The translations under genes were made by a program, and so were the position numbers. This document shows positions 25,675-37,979 of a DNA stretch of 64,000 bases, one piece after another; positions within the stretch are counted from its first letter, which is position 1, and every line of letters begins with the position of its first letter. Source of the stretch: Spongospora subterranea f. sp. subterranea (taxonomy: Eukaryota); NCBI GenBank assembly GCA_049724395.1, contig JAUGWO010000112.1, positions 248,001 through 312,000 on the forward strand, given 5' to 3'. The notes under the pieces were generated by a model. The model was not told the origin of the DNA and searched no databases. It saw only the letters and a list, made by a program, of their open reading frames with translations.

Positions 25675-27065
25675 TCAGGGAAGACCCAGGGAGAACCAGC
25701 CAACCATAATTAGTTGAGTCAGATATAATCCTTTTCGAGTGTCCACACCAATGCCGAAAACAATTGCTAGAGCTTCTCCTCCGGTGACAGTTGTTCCTTT
25801 CATGATCAGGTTTTTGTAGGTATAGCAACCGTTAGGCATCTTTTCTGAGACGTCATCAGCGCTCTTCTTCAAGTGCTCGGATACCCTGGCCAATGAAAAC
25901 TCATCCACTTTCAAACCTTTTGACCAAATAACCCGACAATCTGCAGGGATAATTTGACCATCTGTAACCATGATGATATCCTCGGGAACTAGCTCAGTTT
26001 CAGGTATGATCTGTTAACATCACGTCAGAAGGCTCCAGAGACGAACAGTTCGTGAACAACAATATTCAGAGGAAGAACAAATCAGAGGCTTATATGCCAT
26101 CAAAAATATGTTTGCAAAAAACATTAAACAACTTGATTCGATATGAAATGTGAAATGACAGTACGTTGACTTGACCACCATTGCGGATGACCTGAACCCC
26201 AACTCCTCGTGACGCTCTGGCCCCCGCTAATATCAAAAACGTCATGCACGACACCAGAATCAATTTTTAAACTTACCAAAAAAAGGGGTCGTGACGACCC
26301 GCAAACTTCTCAGGGAACGACGTCGAGTCTAAGACGTTGCGTCCGTACAATTTTCGCTGGCGTTTGACTTTGTTGTCGTACAGACCGAGCGGTTGAATCT
26401 TGCCGCTGCTTGTGTAGTCTTTCACCAAACCTATCAGCAATTCGATGTCCTTAATCGGAAGACGCCACTTTGTTAGAAGCATGTTCAGATTCTCAAACAA
26501 CTGGTCTATCTGTTGGATGCCCTCTTCCGTTGAATCTGGATTCGGCTTTATTGTGACCACCACCATCTCCTTTACAATTGCCATCACCTGTGTGATCAGA
26601 TTGTTCTGGTCTCTGTAATAGTCAGGATTATCTCTCCGATCGACAGGCAGATCTTCAGTCGACTCGGATATGAAGAGACGTGTAATCTTCTCTTTCATCT
26701 CCATCGTGATGAGGTCCAGTAGTGGCATAGTAGCGTAATTTTTCTGACATATTGCTCAGTCTCAGAATTGTTCATATGTGGCCAATGCTAACCTCTTTCT
26801 TAAGAATTTGTTCCGAAATTTCAATTGCGTCGATGCAGACCTGTCCGATGTAGAATTTCTTTTCGGGGACTTCACGTATTTGCGGTTCAGCAGGTCCAGT
26901 GTATGTCAGCATTCCAGCTTCTTGAAGGCGACTGATGCCAGCGACATTTGAGATCGCCTCACTCGGGCCAGCGTCAGAAGAAGTTTCGAGGATTTCAGGT
27001 TGGGCGATGGTGAAGGCAGTGACGCAGGCCAGGGTCATGAACATAGGACTCAATGTCGATCTCAT
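25675..27065 (-). CDS. Signal-peptide protein ending in an isolated P-type ATPase actuator (A) domain, with no TM, P or N domains (possibly frameshifted)
   Basis: N-terminus MRSTLSPMFMTLACVTAFTIA-QP; RKLYGRNVL; VQVIRNGGQ|IIPETELVPEDIIMVTDGQIIPADCRV...KVDEFSLARVS...NLIMKGTTVTGGEALAIVFGIGVDTRKG. Confidence 0.7.
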
Positions 27066-28070
27066 GGCTGGAACGAAGATCAGAGGGCAAACTCGAGGTG
27101 GCCTTGGCTTGTTGAGATCAATGGGATATCAAGCTTCGATGTGAACGAAGAGAATCGGGGTTTCGGGGCGGCTACTGTAATTACCCTCTGACTATGGATA
27201 ATCCCGTGTCACGCCATGGGCCCTAAACCAGTGACGGCTGTGCGCAAGGCAGGTGCTGTTGATTATTCTCGAGCAAGGGGTGCGTACTGTAAGTCCGCGG
27301 ACTTTTTACTGGGGAATCCTGATCTACTTGGGCAAGCCAGATCATTCTTCCTCCTCAGATTCTTTCGGACAATCGGACCACCAGAATCAGCAAGCAGAAT
27401 CTTGCGCAGAATAATTCTACTTGGACACCTGCCTTACCCCATGAGGGCGGATTCAGTCGCGATCCAATTTGATCCAACACTGTGCGCAGTCCTTGTAGAT
27501 AGTGTTCCAACAGTCAGTTTCTCATTTACCGTAAGCGGAGTCGCTCATATACAGACGCAGCACATCCGTGCAGCCTCGGGCAGTGAAACGGATCCCAACA
27601 TTGTTAGAGCAAAAGTTGCGTCTTGAAAAATCCAATCCAACGAGCTATCGCGCTATAATAGATTACAGTAGATAATCCTAATAAGACATCGTTACGGCGG
27701 GGTCTCTCGAGGTTTTGGTTCCTGAAAAACTCGAGTGTACATATGAGCTCAAAAAGCTCCATTAAAAGTTCCATAACTTTCTCAACAAGCGATCTGATTA
27801 ATGGATACTGTACCGATCTAGCAGTCTTTGCGCTTTCGACTCGCCCTCATTTTTCGGAATTGCGCCCAAAAAACCTGCAGATAGCCTGAAAGTGAGTATG
27901 TACACTCATTCCGCATTGTGCCCAATTCACTTCCCTAAAACCAATTCACTTGGTACATCTCTAACTTCTGTTTTTTTTTCTTCGCTGAGGAAGAGTCAAC
28001 GCAGCGCGCCAAGAGCGCATGCGAGCACTGCAGCTCGCGCCCGACCCCAACCCGACCAGCATGCCAGCTG

Positions 28071-28260
28071 TGCGGGAAATGCTGAATCGCTGCCGAACAG
28101 GGCTGAAATGCCCGAAATGTGGAACATTGGGAAAGCTGCAGCCGCAGAAAGATGGTGACGACGTCATTTTGCGCTGCACGGCAGTGCAGATGGATCTTCC
28201 CTGCCGAAAGAAAGTTGGCGAGAGGCAATCCCTGCAACTAGCTCGGACGAACGATAATAA
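28071..28260 (+). mobile_element. Cys-rich zinc-finger fragment, possibly the N-terminus of a LINE ORF1
   Basis: MPAVREMLNRCRTGLKCPKCGTLGKL...LRCT...CRKK, next to LINE ORF1/ORF2 debris. Confidence 0.35.
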
Positions 28261-28935
28261 GACGGCGTGTATCAATTATGTATTCACATGACTAACGAAT
28301 GCACATATTCCGTGCAGAAGGCAATAACTAAGAAGACGGCGTGACCACCAGTAAGACGGCAGGACCATGACTGAAGCAAAGGCCGCGTCACTGGAAGAGA
28401 TGCGTCACGGACTGCGGAACCTGCGAGAGAGGTCTGCCGGAAGAGAAGGAAGAATAAGACAGAATTGATTGATTGACAAAAGCGATAGAAGTCTGAACTC
28501 AACTTACACGGCAAGTTGGCACAAAGAATTCTTTCGCTTTTGTCAATCAATCAATTCTGTCTTATTCTTCCTTCTCTTCCGGCAGACTCTCTCGCAGGTT
28601 CCGCAGTCCGTGACGCATCTCTTCCAGTGACGCGGCCTTTGCTTCAGTCATGGTCCTGCCGTCTTACTGGTGGTCACGCCGTCTTCTTAGTTATTGCCTT
28701 CTGCACGGAATATGTGCATTCGTTAGTCATGTGAATACATAATTGATACACGCCGTCTTATTATCGTTCGTCCGAGCTAGTTGCAGGGATTGCCTCTCGC
28801 CAACTTTCTTTCGGCAGGGAAGATCCATCTGCACTGCCGTGCAGCGCAAAATGACGTCGTCACCATCTTTCTGCGGCTGCAGCTTTCCCAATGTTCCTCA
28901 TTTCGGGCATTTCAGCCCTGTTCGGCAGCGATTCA
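28083..28935. repeat. Near-perfect inverted repeat: arms ~28083-28490 and ~28529-28935, spacer ~38 bp
   Basis: The arms are reverse complements with only a few differences seen. The ORF track shows mirrored identical peptides (27961..28275- and 28743..28949+). Confidence 0.97.
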
Positions 28936-28955
28936 TTACGTTATCATAAAAGAGT

Positions 28956-29530
28956 TCATCCCATCCCTGGACGTCGAATCATCGGCGCACCCGGCACCTG
29001 GTTTGGATGGCGTAACCACGTTTCTGTTAAAATAATGATTCTAGTGTCAGTGTTCTTCATAAATACGATCAAATTAGTCTGCTTGGTGGCCGAGAGGCCT
29101 TCCACGTTCCATGAGCCGGCCTTCATAATAGCGAAGGCGGCTCATTCTGGCTTTCAGGGGCACCCACCAACTGAGGACGGGTCGAGATTTCTGAGATGTT
29201 TGATTTGTTGTTGAAGCTTGGCTCCTGTCTGTCCCTGTTGGTGGCAGGCATGTCCGGGTGAGTGTTGGACATGAGTTCGAAACCCCGTGAGTGATGGAAT
29301 TTTGGGAGACCCCCCAAGGTTGCATCCAATACGGAAAAGTAGAGTGAATGTTGAACACGAAGGTCTGACCACGTGGCCTCTAATGAATGTGGGAGAGCGA
29401 GCTGCTTGCAGTAAACTCGGAAACTCTGGATAGGCAATGTAATTAGGTGGGGGCAGGTCCCATTCGGTGTGGTCGTTAGGACAGATTATGTTGCTGAATC
29501 CAGCTGGTCTAATAGGTTCCTTCATAGGAT
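28956..29530 (-). mobile_element. Non-LTR retrotransposon (LINE) fragment: ORF1 C-terminus plus truncated APE-endonuclease ORF2 start
   Basis: 29126-28956 reads MKAGSWNVEGLSATKQ...IIILTETWL (APE motifs SWNVxGL and xxLxETW). Its ATG overlaps the TGA of the upstream ORF (ATGA at 29126-29123). Confidence 0.8.
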
Positions 29531-29724
29531 ACCCAAGCTACTTGTAGCGGCCAGGCGGAAGTAGGGAAAGCCTGGTAGTACACAGGCTTACTCAACCCAT
29601 AAGAACCCGCGATCCTTTGTATACCATACCATACCATTTGATTTGTTGAACTCGAGAATTCCCAAATTCTTTGGACGAGGAACTTTGAAAAACGTCATAA
29701 TGTGTAAACTCAATTGTCCGGCCA

Positions 29725-30826
29725 TTAGGGGCAAAAATTTCGTGTAGGCCCCCTGTGGGTCGTGGCCGTCCTCGCCGCGTCGACATGCTCTTTCTTGGGG
29801 CATGCCGTCCTGATGTGCCCCCGCTCATGGAATCGATAACAGGTCCTTGACCGCATCGCGTGCGCGCAATCCCGGTAGCTGTGTTCGTCGCTCGCGCATG
29901 TCGTGCAACGATAGGTTAACTGTGGCGTCGGTGGTGCCCCGATCGCCGCTGCTCCTACATCGGGCAGGCTTGTCGCTGCCGATCCTATCGTTTTGGCGTT
30001 CGTCGGACGGCGTCCAGCGCGTTGCTCGCGCAGCCGTTCCTTGTATAGACAGGAATGCAAAAATCGCAGTCGCTCCTCGACTGGCAGGTCGCGTGCTCTG
30101 TTCGTAAATAAATACGTCGTTTCCAACATCTCCCTTGTCTTGTCCGCAATGCTGGCCCGGTAGACCAAATATATAAACTCGGTCGTTGCTTGACCCGGCA
30201 GATTGGCCTGCAATTCATTGATTGTTGTTTCCAGCCGCTCGAGGAACGCCGTCAACAGTTCCTCCGGTCGTTGGTGGACGGCCAAGGCGGCTTCCATCCA
30301 TCGATTCCCGTCCTCCTGTTCCAACGATCCCTGAATTCGCGCGCGCGCGTACAGAAGAACCTCTTCGTACGGGTCGTCCGGAAGCATTCGCTCAGCGGAC
30401 GCCACCAACTCCACTAGTGACTTATTCCCCATCCTTGTGCGAATCCAGATCTCGACGTCGCGTCGGTCCTCATACTCGAGTCTTCGAACCGTCGATATGG
30501 CCATGTTGATCCACATGACCGCGCTGTCAACCTCCGCCGCGCTCCACGGGTTCGCCGACCGCCGTGCATGTCGCGAATTTCGACGGATTGAACTGCCCTG
30601 AGCGCACTGGGATCCGTTGCGCCCGATGAAGGTTCGGCTGTTCCCGCGTCGCCTTGACATCTGGCTCCGCCTCCACCACCTGAACCTCTGCCGCTTCCGA
30701 GGGTGCCGGTAGTAGTCGCTTTGTCAGCGCCTCTATAACCTGGCAGAGCCGCTCCTGCTCTGCCCGCATGCTCGTCAGCTGTTCTTGCACGCTGGAGGCT
30801 TCGTCGTACCCGGACTCTGTTTTCAT
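29725..30826 (-). mobile_element. LTR-retrotransposon gag (frameshifted), no pol
   Basis: N-terminal coiled coil, HQRPEELLTAFLERL (gag MHR-like), and two zinc knuckles CTTCASDEHSYRDC and CYRFHERGHIRTAC. GC-rich and intronless. Confidence 0.75.
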
Positions 30827-30854
30827 CGCTCCCGATTATAAAGTTTCAATTATG

Positions 30855-31140
30855 TGTAGCGATATGTTGCTTTAGGAGCGAGAGATGGAGTAGGAAGTTG
30901 ACGTTGTTTGTAATAATTAAAACTTTATTATGACACTGAGTCTGAATCAAAACTCAATCGCCTTGATTTCATGACTCATGTCCCTAAACCGAGTGGTGTC
31001 ACCACAGCCTTGTTTCGCCTGAAATTTCTGGCTCAACGCGACATCTGCCACGCCCCATCAGTGACAGTTGTGAAGTCCAAATTCGCTCCTTCAACGATGA
31101 CCTGTCACCGTATATATAATCCTACCAGAGATAGGACACA
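30855..31140 (-). mobile_element. Possible 5' LTR of the gag element
   Basis: Directly upstream of gag. The minus strand has a TATATA tract (~31110) followed by AATAAA (~30925). No partner LTR was seen. Confidence 0.3.
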
Positions 31141-31339
31141 ACACTCTGTTTGATGAGATCGAGGCCGGGATGACCGACGTTTTTTCCTTAGCGCTGCGCG
31201 ACCCCATCGCGGGACTACTACGGGCTGAAAAAACTCAAAAGAGTGATACTGTGGTTCTTGGCGGAATAACCCCTTAGAAGAAATAGCCCCTAGGGGTGCA
31301 CATTTTTTACTGAGTTTTAGTTTTTCAGAAAGGACCAAG

Positions 31340-32020
31340 ATGTCGACGGCCGATGCCGAGATCCTTGGTCTTCGAAATCCCGACAATGGACGATCGTGTG
31401 GGTCACATACAGTCTGTGGCGATGTGGTCACTGTCGACACGCTTTTGCGGTTCAAATTCACCCTTATTGAGAGTATTTTCCCACAATGTCTCGTTTCTAT
31501 CAACACCAACATTTTGATGTTTACAATTCCTCAATCAGGAAACGGTGTGGTCGAAGAAGCGGTGGCTGTACATACTGTCATCAATGGTTATGAATCTGTA
31601 ACATATGTGTCAACGTATTGACCCTATGTTATAGCCTACGACAGGCTACCCTATTGTATTGGATATAGCTGGCAACGGAGTTCCTGACGGACTTTACGGA
31701 CCAGATATCGGATCTAATACACAGAGAGTATATTGGCTCGGAATAGGAACATCTATTGTGTGTAAATAGCATCTATAGTAATCCACCTGACCAGTGTATA
31801 CCGATGTCTATGTTACAGAATCGTGTCGTATCGGATTCCTGCCCAAGAGCTGCGTTCCGGTGCATGAGCGATATGTGGGAAAGTTCGCACAAGTGGTAGA
31901 TACAGCAGTTGTCGAAATAATTTTCATGAAGAAGTTCTCTTATACGCTGCGAAAGTCCAACCGAGAATCTTAATGGGCGAAGCAATTGGACACGTTGGAC
32001 GTCTCAAATCACATTAATTA
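31340..32020 (+). CDS. Small uncharacterised Cys/His protein with a HIRAN-like C-terminal half (spliced; end uncertain)
   Basis: EILGL..DNGRSCGSHTVCGDVV...LRFK | EEAVAVHTVINGYES | CRIGFLPK...YVGKFAQVV. Confidence 0.5.
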
Positions 32021-32389
32021 GGGGCGTACGCGACAAAGGCGACGACAGTTGCTTCGACCAGTTTACTTCAGTCATCGAAAGATTTGTAAAGCGGCACCGA
32101 GCGATTTCCGAGTGATGTTCTGATTGGTTTCAAATAACCGGCTCATAAGAAGCGGGTTCCGTTATCTTTTGCAAAAGTCGCACCGCTGTTGCCAAAGAAA
32201 GCTTGATGTGGCCATATCGCTTAGGACTGTAATTACACGATCAAGAACAGATTCGCAAAATTCCTGTCCCATTGACCCTGACACGTTAAGTGGTTGACGG
32301 TAGTCACCTGCATGAATGATATCCATATTTATGTTATGACATAGTTTGTAATCGCGACAACAGAGCGCGTTAATGATGCTTAAACTCAA

Positions 32390-33507
32390 TCAAATAGAGT
32401 CCATTGAGAACTTGGGGTCCAACTCCGTTAGACGCGACCTCATTGCTTTGATTATGACGTTCTTTTTCGTGACGATTTTTTTGAGCTCTTGAAACTGAGG
32501 CGTCAACGAAACCTTTGTATCTAACGATTTTTTGCAGTCGGCTAACTCACTTCGCAATTCATGCAGTTGAGCCTAAAGGAAAGAATCAATGATCGATGAA
32601 ACTCAATGATTCATTTTGGCCAGACTCGAAGTTGTGCAACCTCAGCTGACGCGGCGCCAGCCGTGTTCTCGTCTTTGTAGATCTGAATTGCGACCTCATT
32701 CCTTTTTACTTGTTCTTGCAGCGTCGTATTGCTTTGTGTAAGATTAGACAGCTAAACACAGAAGAAGATAAATTGATCCCGGAACTCGATTCGGAAATGG
32801 GTTGAACCTGAGTTTTCATCGTCTCTAATCGATAACAATATCGTTCGTTCTCATCGGTCAATTCTTTGATCTTCATGACCAGGCCAGTATCGACCGTGGC
32901 ACCGCCAATGGCTCCAAGCCTGTTTTTTGAAAGCTAACATTCCTTAAATGGAATGATTGATAGCCAAAAATAATCAATACTGACCGAAGGAAGACTATTT
33001 AGCAGATTGACGGTATTGTCTTTCACAGTTTCTGACCCGATTTTGTCGATGTCCCTTAATAATACTCTGGATAGCGAATCAGCAAATATCATTCATCCAA
33101 GTGTTCCATTACTCGTCGTCGAGTTTCGACGTCTCGACACGCAACTGGATGCGTTGCCCTTCCGCCTGTAAAAATAGCTGTCTAAGAACGAGGACGCTTG
33201 TCCGACTAAAGTTGTCGAGTTCATCGCCAATATTGCTGTTCAGTAATATACGCAAACCCTCGAATATATCCACCACATCCTCATGTGTATACAGGTCCTC
33301 AAACATTCTGAAGAATTAGTCTTCGAACTGTTGGCCAGGAACGAATTGCTGTTTTACCGAGTATCTTTCACTTCGTCGAAAGTTCGCTGGACTTCATTTA
33401 GATGCTGGTCACGCTTCGAGCGGAAATATCGAAGGTATTCGATGACCTGTTGCCGGTTGCCCATCATTCAGATGCTTGCAAGCTGAATCTTCCAGGGCAG
33501 AGGACAT
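32390..33507 (-). CDS. LZTFL1: LZTFL1/BBS17 homologue
   Basis: QVIEYLRYFRSKRDQHL, EDLYTHEDV..IFEGL...ELDNFSRTSVLVLRQLFLQAE...ETSKLDDE, TPQFQELKKIVTKKN. Confidence 0.85.
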
Positions 33508-34087
33508 GGTACTGTAGTTTAACACGAAAATACGTTCAGTTTATCAAAACATCATCAAACACCCAGTCATAAACAGTCACAAACACACATTTCATTTGTG
33601 GGAAAATAAAGAGAATTGGTATGGTATTTCCGGGCAAGATAAATAACAAGCTGGGTTCGCGATAGGATTTCGAATTGTGATGTTGTCGGTACAAACAGAT
33701 GCGATGGCAAGCCAAGAACTGGTAGTGTCAAAACGGATGCAAAGTAGCCAAACCAGAAAGCAAACGCTGACTTTTCAATCGACTATTTGATGGATTTCTA
33801 ACGACATTTTACAAGGAAACTCAGGTCGAGTCAACGCGGCACCATCTCTATGCTTTATGATTCCGCCCAAAGCAAAATAAAGCACGCCGATGTTCTGATT
33901 CGAGTTCAAGTAAACGAACCAACAACCCCCTTATGGTACTTTCATTCTGACAGTCGATCTTCGTTGATAAATCATGCATTACAAAAACTACGAACCTCTT
34001 TCGTAAAAAGCACTTCGATTTCCATCGAAATAAAAAGAGGAACAAAAGGAACAGCAACGATGCCTGTTACTCCCTGTGTAATGAAAT

Positions 34088-36156
34088 TCATTTGCGACCA
34101 CACATTAAAGATACAAGATCCCGAGTTGAAGGGTCCTTGTCGAGTTCAGCAGCTGATGGCATCCGATTATGCCGAAATAATTCCATAGCAGCAGCGACCA
34201 TGGGATCGCGTCCTAAACTGACGACACTAACGACCTGCCCATCACTGATGTAAAAGGCCAAAAACTTCCTGCTCTTCAAGTCACCATCGACGATAATTCT
34301 GTCATATTTAACTGGGTATCCAGCATAACGGATCGATTGGCCGTATTGCATTGTCCAGAAAAACGGTGTAGTTCTGAATGGTTTAACCATCCCCAAGATG
34401 TGACGAGCGGCTGTTCGACCTTCATCAAGATGGTCAGCAGTAAAATGCGATTAGCGATCATGTACCTTGGTTCTGTGCGACAGCCCAGTGCTCCGATCTC
34501 CCTGTTCCTGAGATGTTCCATAAAGGAAACCTGGCAATGTCGCCAGCAGCGTATATATCCTGATTACTTGTCTGCATGTAGTGATTGACTATCACTTCAC
34601 CCTGCACATAAGTTCAAGAACTGCAAAACGCCTACTCAAAAAAGTTCGAACCTGCTCCATCTTGACTGCATTTTGAACAAAACTCGTATTCAAAACAACA
34701 CCGATCCCGATGACAACCTGATATCATTTATCACGTTGAATCGAGTTATGGGCTGTTGCAGGTACCAGGTCGGCAGGAATAACGCCCTTGGTCGTACGTA
34801 TTTGACCCACAACGTCAGCACTATGGGACACTGTTAGAAGAAAGGAAAAAAATGACAAACGAGAACTTACGACACACCCGGTAAAAATTCGTTAGCAACA
34901 CAGTCGAATAAGAACTGGACACCATTACTTTCGTGTAGCTCTTGAACACATTTGCCAACGCTCTCTCCGAAAATAGCAGCCAGAGGAGGACTATTACAGT
35001 GTTGCAGAACTGTAACCGATTCCGCCTCATGGTTTCGTCTGGATTGAAATCACTGGCAAGCGATGTATTGTTATCATGGACTCACATGAAATAAGAAGCT
35101 GCTTCCAAAAAACCGATGAATCCTGCTCCAATGATGACGATGTGTTTGGCAAATTCTGCTTTAGCGTCAATAGCGGCTGCATCCGTTGAAGATCTGAGTG
35201 TGAATATGTTGCCAAGACCAGAGCCGGGAACGTTCAGTGTTCTAGGACTGTTTTACGAATCAGTGCAGTATTCTGATTACCTGCAAAACAAATCACCTAC
35301 GTCCCACCGGTAGCAATAATTAGCTTATCGTAGGGCACACTAGTCTTATTATCCAACACGACATTTTTGTCAGCAGTTTTACAGGCTACGACGGTTCGCC
35401 CAAGCATGAGCTGGACTCGACCTTGATAATAAGTATCCGGACACAATAACAGTGCTTCCATTGGTTTGGCCATATTTTTAGACATTGATGGTCGATCATA
35501 AGGTAAAACATTCTGAAAAAAGATTGAATGACTCTCAAGGTATTACAACGTCGATGTACCTCTTCAGATATCAGAGATATTGTCCCAGCGAAACCATTCT
35601 CGATTAGGATTGATATCGCTGCATGGCCGGCTGCTCCACCACCAACAATAACAACTTTAGTCGATGACGAATCAATCGGAGGCGGCGACACAGGACGTTT
35701 AACTTGAATTGGAGCCTTAGTTTCGGGATGAACCTCTACAATGAATAAATAACAGAAAACTAATGACCGTATACTGAGTACCTATCTCAAGCGCTCCTTC
35801 CTTTACGCGGTGAGAGTATACTGGAATGCTGTGAATTGAAGGGCCCGATTCAATATCACCGGTATATATATTGAAACAGGCCGCATGCCATGGGCAAACA
35901 ACATGCTCACCATGAATGACACCTGATTCTAATCTCCATGTTTGAGAATTGACGATATGACAAACTGAAATGACATGCCTAATGGCGCGCCAACATGAGG
36001 ACATAGCGCCCCAACAACGCTGACAATTTGTGGATTAGGCTTGCTATTATCAAAAATGATCATTGCCTTTGATCCATCCTCTAACGAGACAGTATGCGAT
36101 AGACAATGCTCATTGCCTGGTTGAAATGACGACAATGTCCAGATTGGGACCCACAT
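34088..36156 (-). CDS. Rieske 2Fe-2S plus FAD/NAD oxidoreductase (AIFM3-like)
   Basis: CPHVGAPL...VVCPWHAACFN..TGDIE.GP, VVIVGGGAAG, YDKLIIATG, IYAAGDIA, IGALG-region, PFFWTMQYGQSIRYAG. Confidence 0.9.
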
Positions 36157-36231
36157 TTCGATTGAAGAAAGAGCAGATCAGAACTTACGAGAGAGTGCGT
36201 CGCATACAGTGTACCCATAAGAGCACACTCG

Positions 36232-36395
36232 CTAGACTGTACACATGACTGATAGTGATGACACTGGACCTGTCTACCAGCTCACTAGACTGTACACATG
36301 ACTGATAGTGATGACACTGACCATGTCTACCAGCTCATTAGACTGTACACATGACTGATAGTGATGACACTGGACCTGTCTACTGTACCAGCTCA
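36232..36395. repeat. 53-bp tandem repeat, ~3 copies
   Basis: Unit ctagactgtacacatgactgatagtgatgacactggacctgtctaccagctca starts at 36232, 36285 and 36338. Confidence 0.95.
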
Positions 36396-36959
36396 GAGAC
36401 TGAGGTCATTCGGCATTGGCTTCTTCTTTACCAAGAGGTTCCTCGCGTTCCAAGCGAAACAGGCTGGCGTGGTTCAACGACGATCCTGACGGCGTCAACT
36501 TGAGCCTTGTGTATCTTCCTCATGACTGCATAATGTTGCCCTCGCCATTGAAATGCTTGGTGTGATCTCCCTTCGAGCAGAATCATCGTTCAGGTTCAGG
36601 GACCCAGAAGAAAAACGATTGGCGAGCGAACACAATGGTTGCCGACGACGAAACCGTCGGCAGCAGTTCCGTGCCCCTCTGACGCCAGGGCGTTCTTCGT
36701 TTTATCAATGGGCCAGCTACGCGTAAGGCGAAACCGCGGGCACGCCGTCTTTGAAACCGAGTTACTAAGATAGTTCGAAATCGAGAACGCACATGGTACC
36801 TGGCCGTTATTACGGTAATGACTTCAGCATGATAGGGCATGTACGCCGGTGCCTCCACCGATTGGTGCATGCGACGGCACAGCCCTGTACGTTGCCGCCA
36901 CTGAGGTGCAACATTCGAATAACTGTCATTACACCTCATTGCCTTGAGAGAATCACTGA

Positions 36960-37850
36960 CTGCCCTGTGTTTATCCGTCGCCGATGATATATTCAGTTTT
37001 GTTGATGAAACCGAAACGACTCACCAGGGTTGGTATGCACTGAAGAGCCGATTGTCTGCTACTGGTCTTCAAAAATGAAATCTCGCACTCAAGAACTTGT
37101 TCCGAATAGAGCAAGGGTTAGACTCAGTGAAAGAATATAAAGCAAGAGTCGAAGCTGCTGTCAACAATGTCAAGGCTGTTGCATCAAAAACACCTGACAG
37201 TCAGTGATTCTTTTAAAGGCAATGATAATTCTCATGGGTGTAAATGACAGTTATTCGCATGTTGTTGATTCAATAGACGCCAGTCTTCAAAACATTTCGG
37301 CGGAATCTGTGTCAGCGATCCTAATGCGCAATGAAGCTCGCCATTCCACCCATTCCAATGGAGGATCAGCTGACAGGCAATATGAAGATTAAAGAGCCGA
37401 ACTGGACAATCTCCGCTCTCGCCATAGAAGTTTCTGCTACTATTGTAGATGTCCAAAACAGAAATGTTATTTACCCCGGTGCTACAACCTTCACCCAGAA
37501 TTACGTCCGTTCAAATGGTGCAGATCTGCAATCGGAATGACAAATGTCAGTTAAAGGGGGTGTGTTGGAAAGACGACCAACCTGACGGTAAATTACATTT
37601 CTGTTTTGGGCATCTACAATAGTAGCAGAAACCAGTGATTAACGTACAATGGACAGGTATACACTGGACAGCTATCCTTGTACTAACCCCTTGTGGACTT
37701 GCTTGTTTCTTTGATAAATTGTTTTAAAACAATACGGCCGACGACGCGGCAGCAAGAACAAGATCACGTAGATGTCACGAACACTTGTGCCCTTGGCACG
37801 TGCCTAGTACTTTTGTTTACAGAGGGTTTCGTCTCATAACTATATCAACA
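36960..37850 (+). mobile_element. Degenerate Ty1/copia remnant: gag, PPT and 3' LTR (pol deleted)
   Basis: Stop-riddled gag (GWYALKSR, DSVKEYKARVE, ILMGVNDSYSHVV), CYYC...LHPELRP knuckle, polypurine aaaggggg at 37553-37560, then TGTTG (37563) ... CAACA (37850). Confidence 0.7.
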
Positions 37851-37979
37851 TCTTCTGAATTACGGCACCAGTTCCTTGATTTGGTAGAAGGGCTGAGTAC
37901 AAAAGCGATTCCGATCATATTTGATGACAAAGGCAACGGGGAAGAAAGCAGAAGGTTCTGTTAACCTTGATGAGTGACG

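Noticed and set aside
27173..27670. Possible MITE bounded by ctactgtaat...attacagtag (TA-flanked)
   Set aside because: Only ~10 bp of inverted identity and no second copy in the window.
36232..36395. CRISPR or hammerhead-ribozyme array (contains ctgata/gtgatga)
   Set aside because: No spacers, and no CUGANGA...GAAA core with flanking stems.
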